Source: Bdellovibrionales bacterium
GTDB lineage: Bacteria > Bdellovibrionota > Bdellovibrionia > Bdellovibrionales > UBA1609
Reading direction: 5' to 3'
Assembly: GCA_965203095.1 (NCBI GenBank)
Contig: OZ241877.1
Span: forward strand, 1,600,001-1,664,000
Length of the DNA stretch: 64,000 nucleotides
Position numbers and translations under genes: made by a program
The notes under the pieces: model-generated
The model's input: the letters and a program-made list of their open reading frames with translations, nothing else
Databases searched by the model: none
Told to the model about the DNA's origin: nothing
Shown: piece by piece, positions 19,148 to 29,367 of the stretch
Numbering within the stretch: position 1 is the first letter of the stretch
Layout of the letters: each line of letters begins with the position of its first letter

Positions 19148-19444
19148 TTATTCGCTTTTTTCCGGCAAAACCTGTTCTTTTTGAGAAGGCTCAGGGGCCA
19201 TTAATTGGCTGTCTTTTTGTGAGCTGATATAGGACAGGTAAAAAGAGGAACAGGCAAACAAAATGGCCAGCCATTTTGTGGCTTTTACTAAAAAAGGGGA
19301 AGCCCCTTCTGAACCGAAAAAAGATCGACTTCCTGCTCCACCCCCTAAGCTCCCTAAAACCCCACCTTTAGGATCCTGGAGCAAAATGAACAAGACAACA
19401 AAAATGCAAGTGAGGGCATGAACAATAGAGATAAAATAAACCAT
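19148..19444 (-). CDS. secG: Preprotein translocase subunit SecG
   Basis: Two TM helices, ILLQDPKGG, Gly-rich loop FGSEGA..L.KAT. Confidence 0.92.
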   Translation of the reverse strand: MVYFISIVHALTCIFVVLFILLQDPKGGVLGSLGGGAGSRSFFGSEGASPFLVKATKWLAILFACSSFYLSYISSQKDSQLMAPEPSQKEQVLPEKSE

Positions 19445-19508
19445 AACTTTACTCGTATAATAAGATCAGCAGTTTGAAAAGGATTTTTTTAACAAGGGAT
19501 ATTTTATT

Positions 19509-19665
19509 TAGTCCTCCGTGAAAAAGCTGAACAAAAAGCCTCGTCCTCTTTTTCCTGCTTTTGTCCAAAGGCCATTCCATGAGGGTCCAAGGTATTGCCG
19601 TCCCGAAATGGAATGGTCCTTTGGACAAAAAAAGTTAAAAAACAAAGGTTTTTCACGGACAACTA
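19509..19665. mobile_element. MITE-like element copy 5 (complete, 157 bp)
   Basis: TAGTCCTCCGTGAAAAA ... TTTTTCACGGACAACTA with the core in reverse orientation. Confidence 0.85.
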
Positions 19666-19666
19666 T

Positions 19667-20848
19667 TTATTGTTTCCCCCGGTGCAACTCAAAGAACAGG
19701 AACTGGGTCTTTTGCTTTTTGTCGTTAAAATTATTATCACTCACTAAAACCATAAGTTGCTTTTTGGGCTTTTTATGGGGGCTTAAGGAAGGCTTTTTGT
19801 CAACAGCTAATGCCCATCTCTTTTTCACTGGCAAAAAAGGACCTAAGGCCAAACCCTCTAAATTGTCCACTAAGATCTGTTGTTGAGAGGAATCCCACAA
19901 GAGTTTTTTAGAGCAAGGTTTAAAACCTTTTTTAAGTTGAATATGAGCTTGGATCCGGCTGGCTTTCCGGCAGTCAGTGAGAAAAATATAAGCCCTATTG
20001 GCCATCCCATTGTTTGATTTTTTGTAAAAAACCCTCTCTAAACTGATAAAAACTTTAGGGGATAGCCATTGTAAAGCGGTCAGCCCGCCCTCTTGGCCAT
20101 TGTGCAGGGCATAAGCATATTGTTCGCGGAGTTTTTTGCTTTTGATGTCAAAAGCACTCAGCCGGACAAAAGATTTTTGTTTAAAGATGGAATCTTGTTT
20201 GAGAGGAATTTCAGTCGCGGTCCAAAGGCTGTTGGAATTTTTGTCCAAAGTGAGGGATTCAAAACCTTTGTTGGCCACCTGTCCAAAAAAAGGAGGTTGT
20301 GGGTTTTTCCCAGGGGCCCAAAACACAGGAGGAACAGGCCAGGCCTCTTTTAAAACAGCAGACTGATCAAAGGTGAAAATTTGAGTAGGCTCATGGACAT
20401 TATAAATTTGTTGCCCCTCTGAGGCGATAAAAAAAACACTGTCGCTGTAAATCACTAAGGCTTCTGGGTCCATATTTCTTGTCAATCGGTCATGCTCTAA
20501 GTTTTTGAGAAAGACCTGCTCTTTAATGCTCAGCCGGTAATGGGGTTGAGTGCTCAGGCTCAGCTTATAATAGCGATGGTTGGTTTTATCATCGGAAAGG
20601 GCATAAAAATAACCTGAAGAAGGATGAAAAATCAGCCCACTTAAGCCCCCCACCTTTAAACCTTCAAATTTTTTGTTTTTTTCAAAAACTTGTAGATCTT
20701 TAAATTCAACAGAAATGTCAGGAACCTTTGATGATAAAAGAGAGCAGTTGGCAAGGGCCAAAAAAAACAGAATCCCTAATAAAATCCCCAGGGCTTTCTT
20801 TAACATAATCTCTTTAAGACAGGGGAAAGCTCTATTTGTCAATCCCAA
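19667..20848 (-). CDS. Esterase-like activity of phytase family lipoprotein
   Basis: GGLSGL, YALSDD, DPEAL, ASEG, NKGFESL, DNLEGL, LVSDNNF..Q.TQFL; lipobox-like LANC. Confidence 0.85.
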   Translation of the reverse strand: MGLTNRAFPCLKEIMLKKALGILLGILFFLALANCSLLSSKVPDISVEFKDLQVFEKNKKFEGLKVGGLSGLIFHPSSGYFYALSDDKTNHRYYKLSLSTQPHYRLSIKEQVFLKNLEHDRLTRNMDPEALVIYSDSVFFIASEGQQIYNVHEPTQIFTFDQSAVLKEAWPVPPVFWAPGKNPQPPFFGQVANKGFESLTLDKNSNSLWTATEIPLKQDSIFKQKSFVRLSAFDIKSKKLREQYAYALHNGQEGGLTALQWLSPKVFISLERVFYKKSNNGMANRAYIFLTDCRKASRIQAHIQLKKGFKPCSKKLLWDSSQQQILVDNLEGLALGPFLPVKKRWALAVDKKPSLSPHKKPKKQLMVLVSDNNFNDKKQKTQFLFFELHRGKQ

Positions 20849-20969
20849 AATAGTTTTTTGTAAAAAATTTTATGGGGATCCCATTCGAACACTCTCAAAT
20901 CGCCGGCTATCGGCACTTTGCCCTTAACCTTAAGGTAAAACATTAAAAAAACAGCCTTATTTTGTCAAA

Positions 20970-21890
20970 ATGCTTTGCTATATCATAATGGGTATGGAAT
21001 GGGCTGATTATCTCTCTCTTCTCACTTGGCAAAATTGTCCCATAAGGGCAAAAGATTTTGCCCGGATAGAGGTAGCGACTTCGGAGCTTCAAACTCCTGA
21101 GAATTTTACTGATGTGCTCTCTTCCTTAGAGGCTAAAGAGTATGTGAGTCACAACAGGCTTTGGTGGAAAAAGGCAGAAAAGGATTACAAATATTGCCAA
21201 AACCGAAACTACCAACTGCTCCATCCCGGAAAAAAAGCCTACCCCCGCCAGCTCATTTCTTTTTTTGACTCTCCCCCTATTTTTTGCTTTTTAGGAGAAT
21301 GGCCCTCAAAAGAGATGGACACTCCGATCACTTTTGTAGGGAGCCGGCAGGCCGATCATCAGGTTTTCCACTGGATGGATTTTTATTTGCCCTCACTGCT
21401 TAAAGAAAAGCAGATTTGTGTTTTGAGTGGAGGGGCCAGAGGCGTTGATCAAAAAGCCCATGCTGTGGCCATCCGATCCCAAAGCCCCACTTTGTGTTTT
21501 CTCCCCTGTGGTTTGGATCATCTTTACCCGGAAAGTTTGAACCGGTTGAAGAGAGGGATTTTAAACTGCGGAGGGGCTTTTGTCTCCAGCTGGCCCCCTT
21601 GGGAAAAAATGCAAAAGCCTTACTTTCATATTAGAAATGGCTATATGTCTGCTCTCTCCTCTTTAGTGGTCATACTTCAGGCTCAGCTCCGGAGTGGGAC
21701 TATGCTCACGGCCAAAAAATCCTTAGATTATGGAATCCCTTTAGCTGTTTTGCCAGGGCCAGCCCTTTCTGCCCACTGGACAGGGAATTTGCAACTATTG
21801 TATGACGGAGCTTATTTGATAAGGGACAACATTGATCTCTCCCTTTTGATTTCGGCTATCAACAGCCAAAAAGTGGACTTAAGTCACTAA
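20970..21890 (+). CDS. dprA: DNA-processing protein DprA/Smf
   Basis: FVGSR, LSGGARGVDQKAH, RN, SGTMLTA; adjacent to topA. Confidence 0.88.
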   Translation: MLCYIIMGMEWADYLSLLTWQNCPIRAKDFARIEVATSELQTPENFTDVLSSLEAKEYVSHNRLWWKKAEKDYKYCQNRNYQLLHPGKKAYPRQLISFFDSPPIFCFLGEWPSKEMDTPITFVGSRQADHQVFHWMDFYLPSLLKEKQICVLSGGARGVDQKAHAVAIRSQSPTLCFLPCGLDHLYPESLNRLKRGILNCGGAFVSSWPPWEKMQKPYFHIRNGYMSALSSLVVILQAQLRSGTMLTAKKSLDYGIPLAVLPGPALSAHWTGNLQLLYDGAYLIRDNIDLSLLISAINSQKVDLSH

Positions 21891-21900
21891 TGAACTAATG

Positions 21901-22089
21901 TGGTCGCTCGTGAAAAAGCTCTGTAATTTACAAGGGACTCTTCAGTTTCTTTGCCTAAAGGTCCGTCCCATTTCGGGACGGGAATACCTTGGACCATCAC
22001 CGGACGGCCTTTAGGCAAAAGTGATTGAAAAGCCTGACCCTGTAAAAGTAGAGAATGAGAAGGACTAACTGAGGCTTTTTCACGGACTA
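21901..22089. mobile_element. MITE-like element copy 6
   Basis: TGGTCGCTCGTGAAAAA ... TTTTTCACGGACTA; core TTTGCCTAAAGG...CCTTTAGGCAAA; inverted near-copy of 33741-33932. Confidence 0.85.
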
Positions 22090-22135
22090 TTAATAGGTAG
22101 ACACAGCTACAATCAAAAAACAGACTTTTAACTTT

Positions 22136-25100
22136 TTAACAAAAATTTTGCAGGAGCAGTTTTTCCACTTGAGAAAAAGCAGACCTATCGCTTATAGAAC
22201 CCCCTGCAAAAGAGCTTTTACCTCCCCCTTGGCCTTTGCATAGAGGAGCTATTTTATTTTTCAAAATCTCACCGGCAGAACAATTTTTAGAAAAAGCTTT
22301 TTGGACATTTACTATTACTGGATATTTTCCTTCCCCTTCCCCTAACAAAACAACAAGCCCTGGACCTATTTGAGATAAGAGGAAATCAGATATATCTGCC
22401 AGGAGCTTTCTATCCGCCACAGGTAAAGAGAGAACAAGCAATTGCCCTTTTAAACCCTTAACTTCACAACCTTTTGCCCGGACTTCTAACTCCTCTTTTG
22501 TCAGTTTCAAACTTTTTATTTTTTCCAACAGAGTTATAAAATTTTTAACTTCCCCCTCTTTGGCTTTTATTGAGTTTAAAACAGAGGGCCCCTTTTTAAA
22601 AGCCTTATAAAAATCTTTATCCTCCATTAAATCTTCTTTAATATCAGGAGGGTTGAGTTTAAAGTGCTCTCTTAATTCTAAAACCTGTTTTGCTAAAGGG
22701 TGAAAAGTGCTTTTCACTTCCTCCTTTTTATCCGGTAAATTGGCAGGGCTGGGTTGAGGCTTTTCCTTCCCTAAACAAACAATTTTTTTGCGTAAAAGTT
22801 TTAACTCCTTTTCCCGATCTTCCATCCAATTTAAAAAAAGATTTTGCTTTTCAATAAAGCCTTCCCAACAAGATTCCTTTTTTTTAAAATGAGGGAGAGG
22901 AATTTTTAAATAACTCCTCAAGCTCTTATTTTCATCAATTAAAAATTCCTCCCAAGCATTAGCTAAAGAGCTGGTCCAAGCTATAATCCGCCTCACACCA
23001 GCCTGAACTCCTCTTTCGCTAATGATTTTAAAATCCTCAATCTCCTCAGTGTTTTGAACATGAATCCCCCCACAAAGCTCTTTTGAACTTTTTGTTCCAA
23101 TACTCACTACTCGGACATTTTCAGAATAATTTTCCCCTTTCAAATACAAAAACCCCTCCTCTTTGGCCTGTTCTAATTTTTTATGACTGACTGACAGATC
23201 TTCTTTTGATAAAATACTTTGCCGGACCAGTTCCTCCACTTGATGAATTTGTTTTTTGTTGAGAGCTTTTTTATAGGTAAAATCAAATCGCAGGCGAAAG
23301 GGCTGAATGAGTGATCCGGCCTGACGGACGGACTCCCCCAGGTTTTTTCGCAAAGCTGAGTGCAAAAGATGCGTGGTGGTATGGCTGGCTTTAATGCCTT
23401 TTCTAAAATTTTTGTTCACTTCCGCAATACAATTTTGCCCTAACCTCAAATCCTTTAGAGCCTGAACTTCATGAATAATGATTTCCCCTATTTTTTGGCA
23501 ATCCAAAACTTGAGCTATACTATCGCCTATAAGCTCTTCTGGATTCCCGCTTTCGTGGGAGCTAAAAAGTCCGGGGGACTTTTTAGCAAAATTCGCAGGA
23601 TCAGTTGACTTCTTTTCAGCAAACTGACTTGCGTCTTCAAAGAAAAAACCTCTATCTCCTACCGGCCCTCCCCCCTCAGGATAAAAACAGGTTTTATCTA
23701 AAACGACATGCCCCTTAGAGCCTTTAGGAATGCAGGAAGAATCCCAATCCGGCCCATGCCCTGTTCCTAAATGGGGAACTGGACTGCCTTCAGACAAACG
23801 AGCAGATGGTTTTTTTATAGATAAAACGGCAAGAATTTTCCCTCTCTCTTTTTCTTTTTTATAGCCGGTAAACTCTGTTGCCGGAGAACCTGCCTTTTGG
23901 CCTATGGTTTTTGGGTATCTGGATTCCTGCTTTCGCAGGAATGACTGATTAGCTGAAGAACCTGCTTTTTGGGCTATGATTTTTAGCCCTTCCTTTTTAA
24001 AATCCTCCCAAAGTATTCCCACCAAGCCCTTGGCCAGTGATTGGCCAACTTCTTTTTTATATTCCGCCATCTCCTCTTCCGTAGGAACAGCCCAACCCTG
24101 CTCTTCAGCCATAAGGCGAGTCAGATCTATGGGAAGTCCATAAGTGCTATACAGATCCCAAACCCTCTCTTTAGGAATTTTTTTAGCTGGCAAAAAGGAG
24201 AGCATTTTCTCAAACTCTTTTTTGCCCTCTTTTAAAGTGCTAAAAAATTGCCCGGCCTCCTCTTCAATGACTTGATCTATTTCCCCCATATCATTTTTGA
24301 GTTGGGGATAAATGCCTAATTCTTCCACTTTGCAGGGCAAGGGCTTAGGAGGAATCTCCGACATAATTTTTACAACTTCTCTAACTCCTATTTTTAAAAG
24401 ATTTTTCTTGGGATTTAATTTTTGGCTATAATAAAAAGCCCTCCGGAGAATTTTCCGGAGGACATACTCCGCAGTATCCCCTCCCGGTAAAACTCCCTCA
24501 GCAATTAAAAAAGCCACAGCCCGGCTATGATCCGCCACCACACGAAAAGCTTTTTGGATGGGAGTTTGAGCCTTTTCCTCAAAGTCATATTTTTTAAAAG
24601 AAGAAGCTTTTTCTAAAGCCAAAATTATTTTTGAAAAAAGATCAGTATGGTAATTGCTTTTTTTGTTTTGAAGAATGGCAGAAAGTCGCTCCAAACCCAT
24701 CCCCGTATCTACAGATGGGCGAGAAAGCTTTTTCCTCTCCCCCTCTTTGTTGTCATAAAACTCCATAAAAACCAAATTCCAAATTTCTATCAGTTGGTGA
24801 GTAGGGGGTCGTTTTTCTTCTCCGGAATAATAATGAATCTCCGAACAGTATCCACAGGGGCCAGAGTCCCCCATCTGCCAAAAATTATCTTTATCACTTA
24901 GGAGATAAATTTTATTTTCAGGAATTTTTTGTTTCCATATTGCATAAGACTCCGGATCCTCTTTATGAACTGTCACCCATAAATGGTCCGGAGATAGGCC
25001 CAACTCCTCTGTCAAAAAGGCCCAGGCCCCATTTATAGCTGATGGCTTAAAATAGCCACCAAAGGAAAAATTGCCCATCATTTCAAAAAAAGTGTGGTGC

Positions 25101-25417
25101 CAGGGGGTCTCACCCACTTGCTGAAGATCATTATGTTTGCCACCCGCTCTCAAACATTTTTGAATGCTGACTACATTTTCTGCCGGAGGGGGTTCTAAAC
25201 CTAAAAAAACATTTTTAAACTGATTCATTCCCGCATTCACAAACAGAAGAGAAGGGTCATTATTCGGGATGAGGGAAGAACTGAGCTGGACCTTATGCCC
25301 TCGATTTTTAAAAAAATGGATAAACTTTTTTCGGATCTCAAAATGGGTCATGCCCTTTTCTATTTGGACCATTTTTTGCCTTATGTCACTGTTTTTTTGC
25401 TTAAAAACACCAAACAA
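22136..25417 (-). CDS. alaS: Alanine--tRNA ligase, enlarged by insertions (true start probably MTHFEIR, slightly downstream)
   Basis: LLFVNAGMNQFK, FFEMMGNFSFG, DTGMGLER, ADHSRA, HTTTHLLH, ELCGGIHV, GGGK. Confidence 0.97.
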   Translation of the reverse strand: MFGVFKQKNSDIRQKMVQIEKGMTHFEIRKKFIHFFKNRGHKVQLSSSLIPNNDPSLLFVNAGMNQFKNVFLGLEPPPAENVVSIQKCLRAGGKHNDLQQVGETPWHHTFFEMMGNFSFGGYFKPSAINGAWAFLTEELGLSPDHLWVTVHKEDPESYAIWKQKIPENKIYLLSDKDNFWQMGDSGPCGYCSEIHYYSGEEKRPPTHQLIEIWNLVFMEFYDNKEGERKKLSRPSVDTGMGLERLSAILQNKKSNYHTDLFSKIILALEKASSFKKYDFEEKAQTPIQKAFRVVADHSRAVAFLIAEGVLPGGDTAEYVLRKILRRAFYYSQKLNPKKNLLKIGVREVVKIMSEIPPKPLPCKVEELGIYPQLKNDMGEIDQVIEEEAGQFFSTLKEGKKEFEKMLSFLPAKKIPKERVWDLYSTYGLPIDLTRLMAEEQGWAVPTEEEMAEYKKEVGQSLAKGLVGILWEDFKKEGLKIIAQKAGSSANQSFLRKQESRYPKTIGQKAGSPATEFTGYKKEKERGKILAVLSIKKPSARLSEGSPVPHLGTGHGPDWDSSCIPKGSKGHVVLDKTCFYPEGGGPVGDRGFFFEDASQFAEKKSTDPANFAKKSPGLFSSHESGNPEELIGDSIAQVLDCQKIGEIIIHEVQALKDLRLGQNCIAEVNKNFRKGIKASHTTTHLLHSALRKNLGESVRQAGSLIQPFRLRFDFTYKKALNKKQIHQVEELVRQSILSKEDLSVSHKKLEQAKEEGFLYLKGENYSENVRVVSIGTKSSKELCGGIHVQNTEEIEDFKIISERGVQAGVRRIIAWTSSLANAWEEFLIDENKSLRSYLKIPLPHFKKKESCWEGFIEKQNLFLNWMEDREKELKLLRKKIVCLGKEKPQPSPANLPDKKEEVKSTFHPLAKQVLELREHFKLNPPDIKEDLMEDKDFYKAFKKGPSVLNSIKAKEGEVKNFITLLEKIKSLKLTKEELEVRAKGCEVKGLKGQLLVLSLPVADRKLLADISDFLLSQIGPGLVVLLGEGEGKYPVIVNVQKAFSKNCSAGEILKNKIAPLCKGQGGGKSSFAGGSISDRSAFSQVEKLLLQNFC
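23539..23569. repeat. dRS3/REP-like palindrome inserted in-frame in alaS
   Basis: CTGGATTCCCGCTTTCGTGGGAGCTAAAAAG, 3 mismatches to 17757-17787; translated as LFSSHESGNPE. Confidence 0.8.
23919..23945. repeat. Second dRS3/REP-like palindrome in-frame in alaS
   Basis: CTGGATTCCTGCTTTCGCAGGAATGAC versus CTGGATTCCCGCTTTCGCGGGAATGAC at 48543; translated as SFLRKQESR. Confidence 0.88.
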
Positions 25418-25449
25418 ATGCTGGTCTTTAGTTTATAAAACCTTGAATT

Positions 25450-28023
25450 ATGAAAAAGTTAAGGGTAATAATGTCTCTTATGCCAAAGGCCAAACTCCTT
25501 ATTGTGGAATCTCCTACAAAAGCCAAAACCATTAGTCGCTTTTTAGGCTCTAACTACAAAGTAAGCTCCTGTATGGGGCATATTCGGGACTTGCCAGAAT
25601 CAGCAAAAGACATTCCAGCAAAATACAAAAAAGAACCTTGGAAAAATTTAGGGGTCAATACTGAGAAAAACTTTGAGCCGATCTACTGCATTCCCAAATC
25701 CAAAACGGCTATTGTCAAATCCTTAAAAGAGCAGATCAAAAAAGCGGGAGAGCTGATCCTGGCAACAGATGAAGATCGGGAAGGCGAGAGTATTAGCTGG
25801 CATCTTTATCAAATTTTAAAACCTAAAATCCCTGTCAAAAGGATTGTTTTTCATGAAATCACAAAAACAGCCATCCAGTCCGCTTTAAAAAACTATCGTC
25901 AAATTGATGAAGGGCTGGTTCAAGCTCAAGAGGCCCGAAGGGTTTTAGATCGCTTAGTGGGCTACAGCCTCTCCCCTCTTTTATGGAAAAAGATCACTAC
26001 CGGATTATCCGCCGGAAGAGTGCAGTCTGTAGCGGTTAAGCTCATTAGTGATCGGGAAATAGATAGGATGAATTTTGTTAAAACCTCCCATTTTGGCATA
26101 GAGGGGCTTTTGCAAAAATCACAAAAAGGAAAGGGCAAAAGCCAACAATTCCCCTCCCATCTCCACTCCTACGAATCCAAAAAAATAGCAGTGGGAAAGG
26201 ATTTTGATAGCCTCGGCCGGTTGAAAGACAAAAAACTCCTCCATTTTAAAGAAAAACAGGCGGGAGATCTGGTCCAAAAACTGAAAAAGGCAAAATGGAT
26301 TGTGGAAAAGGTGGAAAAAAGACATATTTCCCGATCCCCTAAGCCCCCCTTTATTACATCTACCCTTCAACAAGAAGGGGGAAGAAAGCTCAACCTCTCC
26401 CCTAAACAAACTATGGCCTCAGCTCAAAAACTTTACGAACAGGGTTTGATTACTTATATGAGAACCGACTCTACCAGCCTTTCCCCCACAGCGATAAAGG
26501 GGATTCGAACAGCCATATCTAAAATTTACGGGAAAAAAGAGCTGGTGGAAAAAACCCGTATCTATAAAACCAAAACCAAGGGGGCTCAAGAGGCTCATGA
26601 AGCCATCCGCCCCGCAGGAACCCACTTTAAAAGTCCGGAAAAAACAGGTTTGGCAGGTAATGAGCTAAAACTTTACCAATTGATTTGGCAGAGGTCTCTG
26701 GCTTGCCAGATGAAAAACTGTGAACAAGAGCAAACTCAAATTCAAATCAAGGCGGGGTCGGCTCTGTTTTTTTCCTCTGGTTTGAGGATAATTTCTCCTG
26801 GATTTTACAAGCTTTATAAAGATCAAGATGAAGGGACCGGGGCTTTTCTTCCCGCTTTAAAAAAAGGAGATCTTCTAAAGTGCCTTAAAGTGGAGAGCAA
26901 AGCAAAGGAGAGCCAGCCTCCCCCTCGCTATAACGAAGCCTCTCTCATTCAAAAATTGGAAAAAGAGGGGATTGGTCGCCCCTCCACTTATGCCCCTATT
27001 ATCTCCACAATTCAGGATCGGGGCTATATCCAAAAACAAAACAAAAACCTGGCCCCTACCTTTACGGCCTTGGCAGTGACAAGGCTTTTAAACCAACATT
27101 TGCCAGATTATGTGGATCTGGCTTTCAGCTCTAAAATGGAAAAAGCCTTAGACGATATGGCCATAGGTAAGGTGAAATACATAAAATATTTAAACTCCAT
27201 TTATAAAGGGAAAGCGGGTTTAAAAAACCAAGTGGCGAGTTGTGAAAAATCTATAGATGGCTCAAAATCCCGAACTTTGAACTTTCCTCTTTTCAAAAAT
27301 ATCAATTTTCATGTGGGACGCTTTGGGGCTTACATCAGCCAAAAAAAAGGGGGGAAAGAGATCAAGTCCTCTCTTCCAAAGGATCTGTTCCTCTCAGACA
27401 TCACTTTGGACAAGATAGAGGAAATTCTTAAAACAGAAAAAAGAAAAGATCAGGTTTTTGGAGTGGATCCCAAAACAAAAAAGAAAATTTTTATAAAAAC
27501 CGGACCTTTCGGTCCTTATTTAGAGTTAGGGGATGGGCTGAAGCGAGTCTCTATACCTAAGTTCCTGCCTTTAGATAGTTTTAATATGGAACAGGCCCTC
27601 CAACTTTTAGAACTTCCCAAAGTTCTTGGAACTCATCCTAAAACAAAAAAAGAAATCAAAAAAAGCATTGGTAGATACGGCCCTTATATAGTGCATGATG
27701 GGGATTTTCGATCCATTCCCAACAGTGAGATTTTGTCCTTAGGTTTTAAAGAGGCTGTAAAAATTCTCTCACAGGAAAAAAAGAGCCGAAGGAAATCCTC
27801 AAAAAAAACCATTAAACAATTCACTCATAATAAGGACAGTTTGCAAATTTTAGAGGGCTACTCCCCTTACATTCGTTTTAAAAACAAAAATTATAGCCTT
27901 CCCAAAGGGACAGATCCTTTAAAACTCAGCCTTAAGGAGGCTCTTCAGATTATAAGCAAAAAAGGGGATTCTAAGAAGAAACCCACTCGCCGGAAAAAAA
28001 GATCAGGCAAAAAACGGAAATAA
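25450..28023 (+). CDS. topA: DNA topoisomerase I with C-terminal Topo_C repeats
   Basis: IVESPTKAKTI, ATDEDREGE, SAGRVQS, ITYMRTDS, EAHEAIRP, GIGRPSTY, repeated GRFGAY/GPFGPY/GRYGPY. Confidence 0.97.
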   Translation: MKKLRVIMSLMPKAKLLIVESPTKAKTISRFLGSNYKVSSCMGHIRDLPESAKDIPAKYKKEPWKNLGVNTEKNFEPIYCIPKSKTAIVKSLKEQIKKAGELILATDEDREGESISWHLYQILKPKIPVKRIVFHEITKTAIQSALKNYRQIDEGLVQAQEARRVLDRLVGYSLSPLLWKKITTGLSAGRVQSVAVKLISDREIDRMNFVKTSHFGIEGLLQKSQKGKGKSQQFPSHLHSYESKKIAVGKDFDSLGRLKDKKLLHFKEKQAGDLVQKLKKAKWIVEKVEKRHISRSPKPPFITSTLQQEGGRKLNLSPKQTMASAQKLYEQGLITYMRTDSTSLSPTAIKGIRTAISKIYGKKELVEKTRIYKTKTKGAQEAHEAIRPAGTHFKSPEKTGLAGNELKLYQLIWQRSLACQMKNCEQEQTQIQIKAGSALFFSSGLRIISPGFYKLYKDQDEGTGAFLPALKKGDLLKCLKVESKAKESQPPPRYNEASLIQKLEKEGIGRPSTYAPIISTIQDRGYIQKQNKNLAPTFTALAVTRLLNQHLPDYVDLAFSSKMEKALDDMAIGKVKYIKYLNSIYKGKAGLKNQVASCEKSIDGSKSRTLNFPLFKNINFHVGRFGAYISQKKGGKEIKSSLPKDLFLSDITLDKIEEILKTEKRKDQVFGVDPKTKKKIFIKTGPFGPYLELGDGLKRVSIPKFLPLDSFNMEQALQLLELPKVLGTHPKTKKEIKKSIGRYGPYIVHDGDFRSIPNSEILSLGFKEAVKILSQEKKSRRKSSKKTIKQFTHNKDSLQILEGYSPYIRFKNKNYSLPKGTDPLKLSLKEALQIISKKGDSKKKPTRRKKRSGKKRK

Positions 28024-28029
28024 AAAAAG

Positions 28030-29367
28030 TTAATTTTGAAATGAATAAATATTCCGGAGAGCGAGAAGTTGGCTCAACTCATCTAAAGCGGTTTGACTTT
28101 CCCTCATAAGATCGGGGTCTAAAAGATCTTGGGGCTGGATCCGGTCCCTGTAGTGTTTTTTGATCCAGCTTTTAATTTGTTCATAAAGTTTTTGGCTCAA
28201 ACAAACTCCTTTAGGGATGGTCATGGCCTCCTTTTCCGTTAAAACCACTCTGAATCTCAAACAGGCCGGCCCACCGCCATTTTTCATGCTCTGCCGGAGG
28301 GGGCTAAAAGCAATTTCCTTAATGGGGCTGTTTTGGCTCAAATAATGAAGATAGCCTCTCACTTGCTCATCTTTTTGGCACTCTGTGGGGGCGAGCAAAA
28401 ACCACTCCCCTTTTTTTAAACACAGTAATTGTGAGTTGAACAAGTAGGAGCTGATGGCCCGGTGTAAAGGAATATCTTGTTCCCGAACTTTAATTTTTAA
28501 TAAGGGGACATCTAATTTTTCTTCTATCTCTTGTAAAACTTTTTGTGTTTTGAGAAAGGCTTTTTCATGAAAAAATATTAAATTCTGATCCGCCACACAA
28601 AGCACATCATTATGAAAAGCCCCGGCATCGATGGCTTGAGGATTCTGTGTGGCAAAAACTGTTTTGTCCGGTCTCAACTTATGACGAAAGGCCGTGATCT
28701 TAAAGGCCATTTCACTTTGCCGGGCCGGAAATTTTGTTGAAGAATGAGAACCTTCTCGCCCATAAACAAAAAACTCCACCCCCTTTGCAGAATAACTGGC
28801 ACAAAAGCGACTGTGATTGGCTGAGCCTTCGTCTGAAAAGAGGGGCACAGTGGGCAAAGGGGGATGATGAACAAAAAGGGAAGGCTCTTTAAATATTTTT
28901 TTTAAAATTAAAGCGGTGGCTTTAGTTTCTAAAAAACGGTGCAGGCTGGTTTGCAAGTTGGCTGGAGTGAAATGGGCTTTTTGATCCTCTGTGTCGGCAC
29001 TGGGTGAGAAAAGAGCACTATTGGCTGTCCACATACTTGAGGCAGAATAACAGCTGGCCAAAAGAGAGGGGGAAAAAGACCAAGCTGAGCTGAGAATTTT
29101 TTGGACAGAACCGGTAAAACCCAATTTTTTTAAAAAAAGCAGGTTGGGCCTTTCTTGTGGGGGCAAAAGGGCCTGCTTAAAACCTTTATCCATAAGAAAC
29201 TTCATCTTCTGCAAGCCCTCTAAGGCCCCTGCCTGAGGGTTGGATATTTTGTGCTTGTTTTCCATAGAGGCCCTGTTCCCAAAAGAAAGCCCCGCATAAT
29301 TGTGCGTCGGGCCGGGAAGGCCATCAAAATTGTATTCTAAGGCTCTATGATTTTTAATTTCTTTCAA
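28030..29367 (-). CDS. astB: N-succinylarginine dihydrolase
   Basis: NFDGLPGPTHNYAGLSFGNRAS, SASSMWTAN, DEGSANH, GAFHNDV, SMKNGGGPACLR. Start placed at TTG 29367 rather than 29535. Confidence 0.93.
   Translation of the reverse strand: MKEIKNHRALEYNFDGLPGPTHNYAGLSFGNRASMENKHKISNPQAGALEGLQKMKFLMDKGFKQALLPPQERPNLLFLKKLGFTGSVQKILSSAWSFSPSLLASCYSASSMWTANSALFSPSADTEDQKAHFTPANLQTSLHRFLETKATALILKKIFKEPSLFVHHPPLPTVPLFSDEGSANHSRFCASYSAKGVEFFVYGREGSHSSTKFPARQSEMAFKITAFRHKLRPDKTVFATQNPQAIDAGAFHNDVLCVADQNLIFFHEKAFLKTQKVLQEIEEKLDVPLLKIKVREQDIPLHRAISSYLFNSQLLCLKKGEWFLLAPTECQKDEQVRGYLHYLSQNSPIKEIAFSPLRQSMKNGGGPACLRFRVVLTEKEAMTIPKGVCLSQKLYEQIKSWIKKHYRDRIQPQDLLDPDLMRESQTALDELSQLLALRNIYSFQN

Noticed and set aside
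19576..19612. Hammerhead ribozyme reading of the element loop (ATGA-GGG...CCC-GAAA)
   Set aside because: It lacks the CUGANGA core and the three-stem junction; the resemblance is partial only.
17636..19886. ORFs 17636-17887, 17719-17958 and 19518-19886
   Set aside because: They are read-throughs of the dispersed repeat element and overlap real genes.
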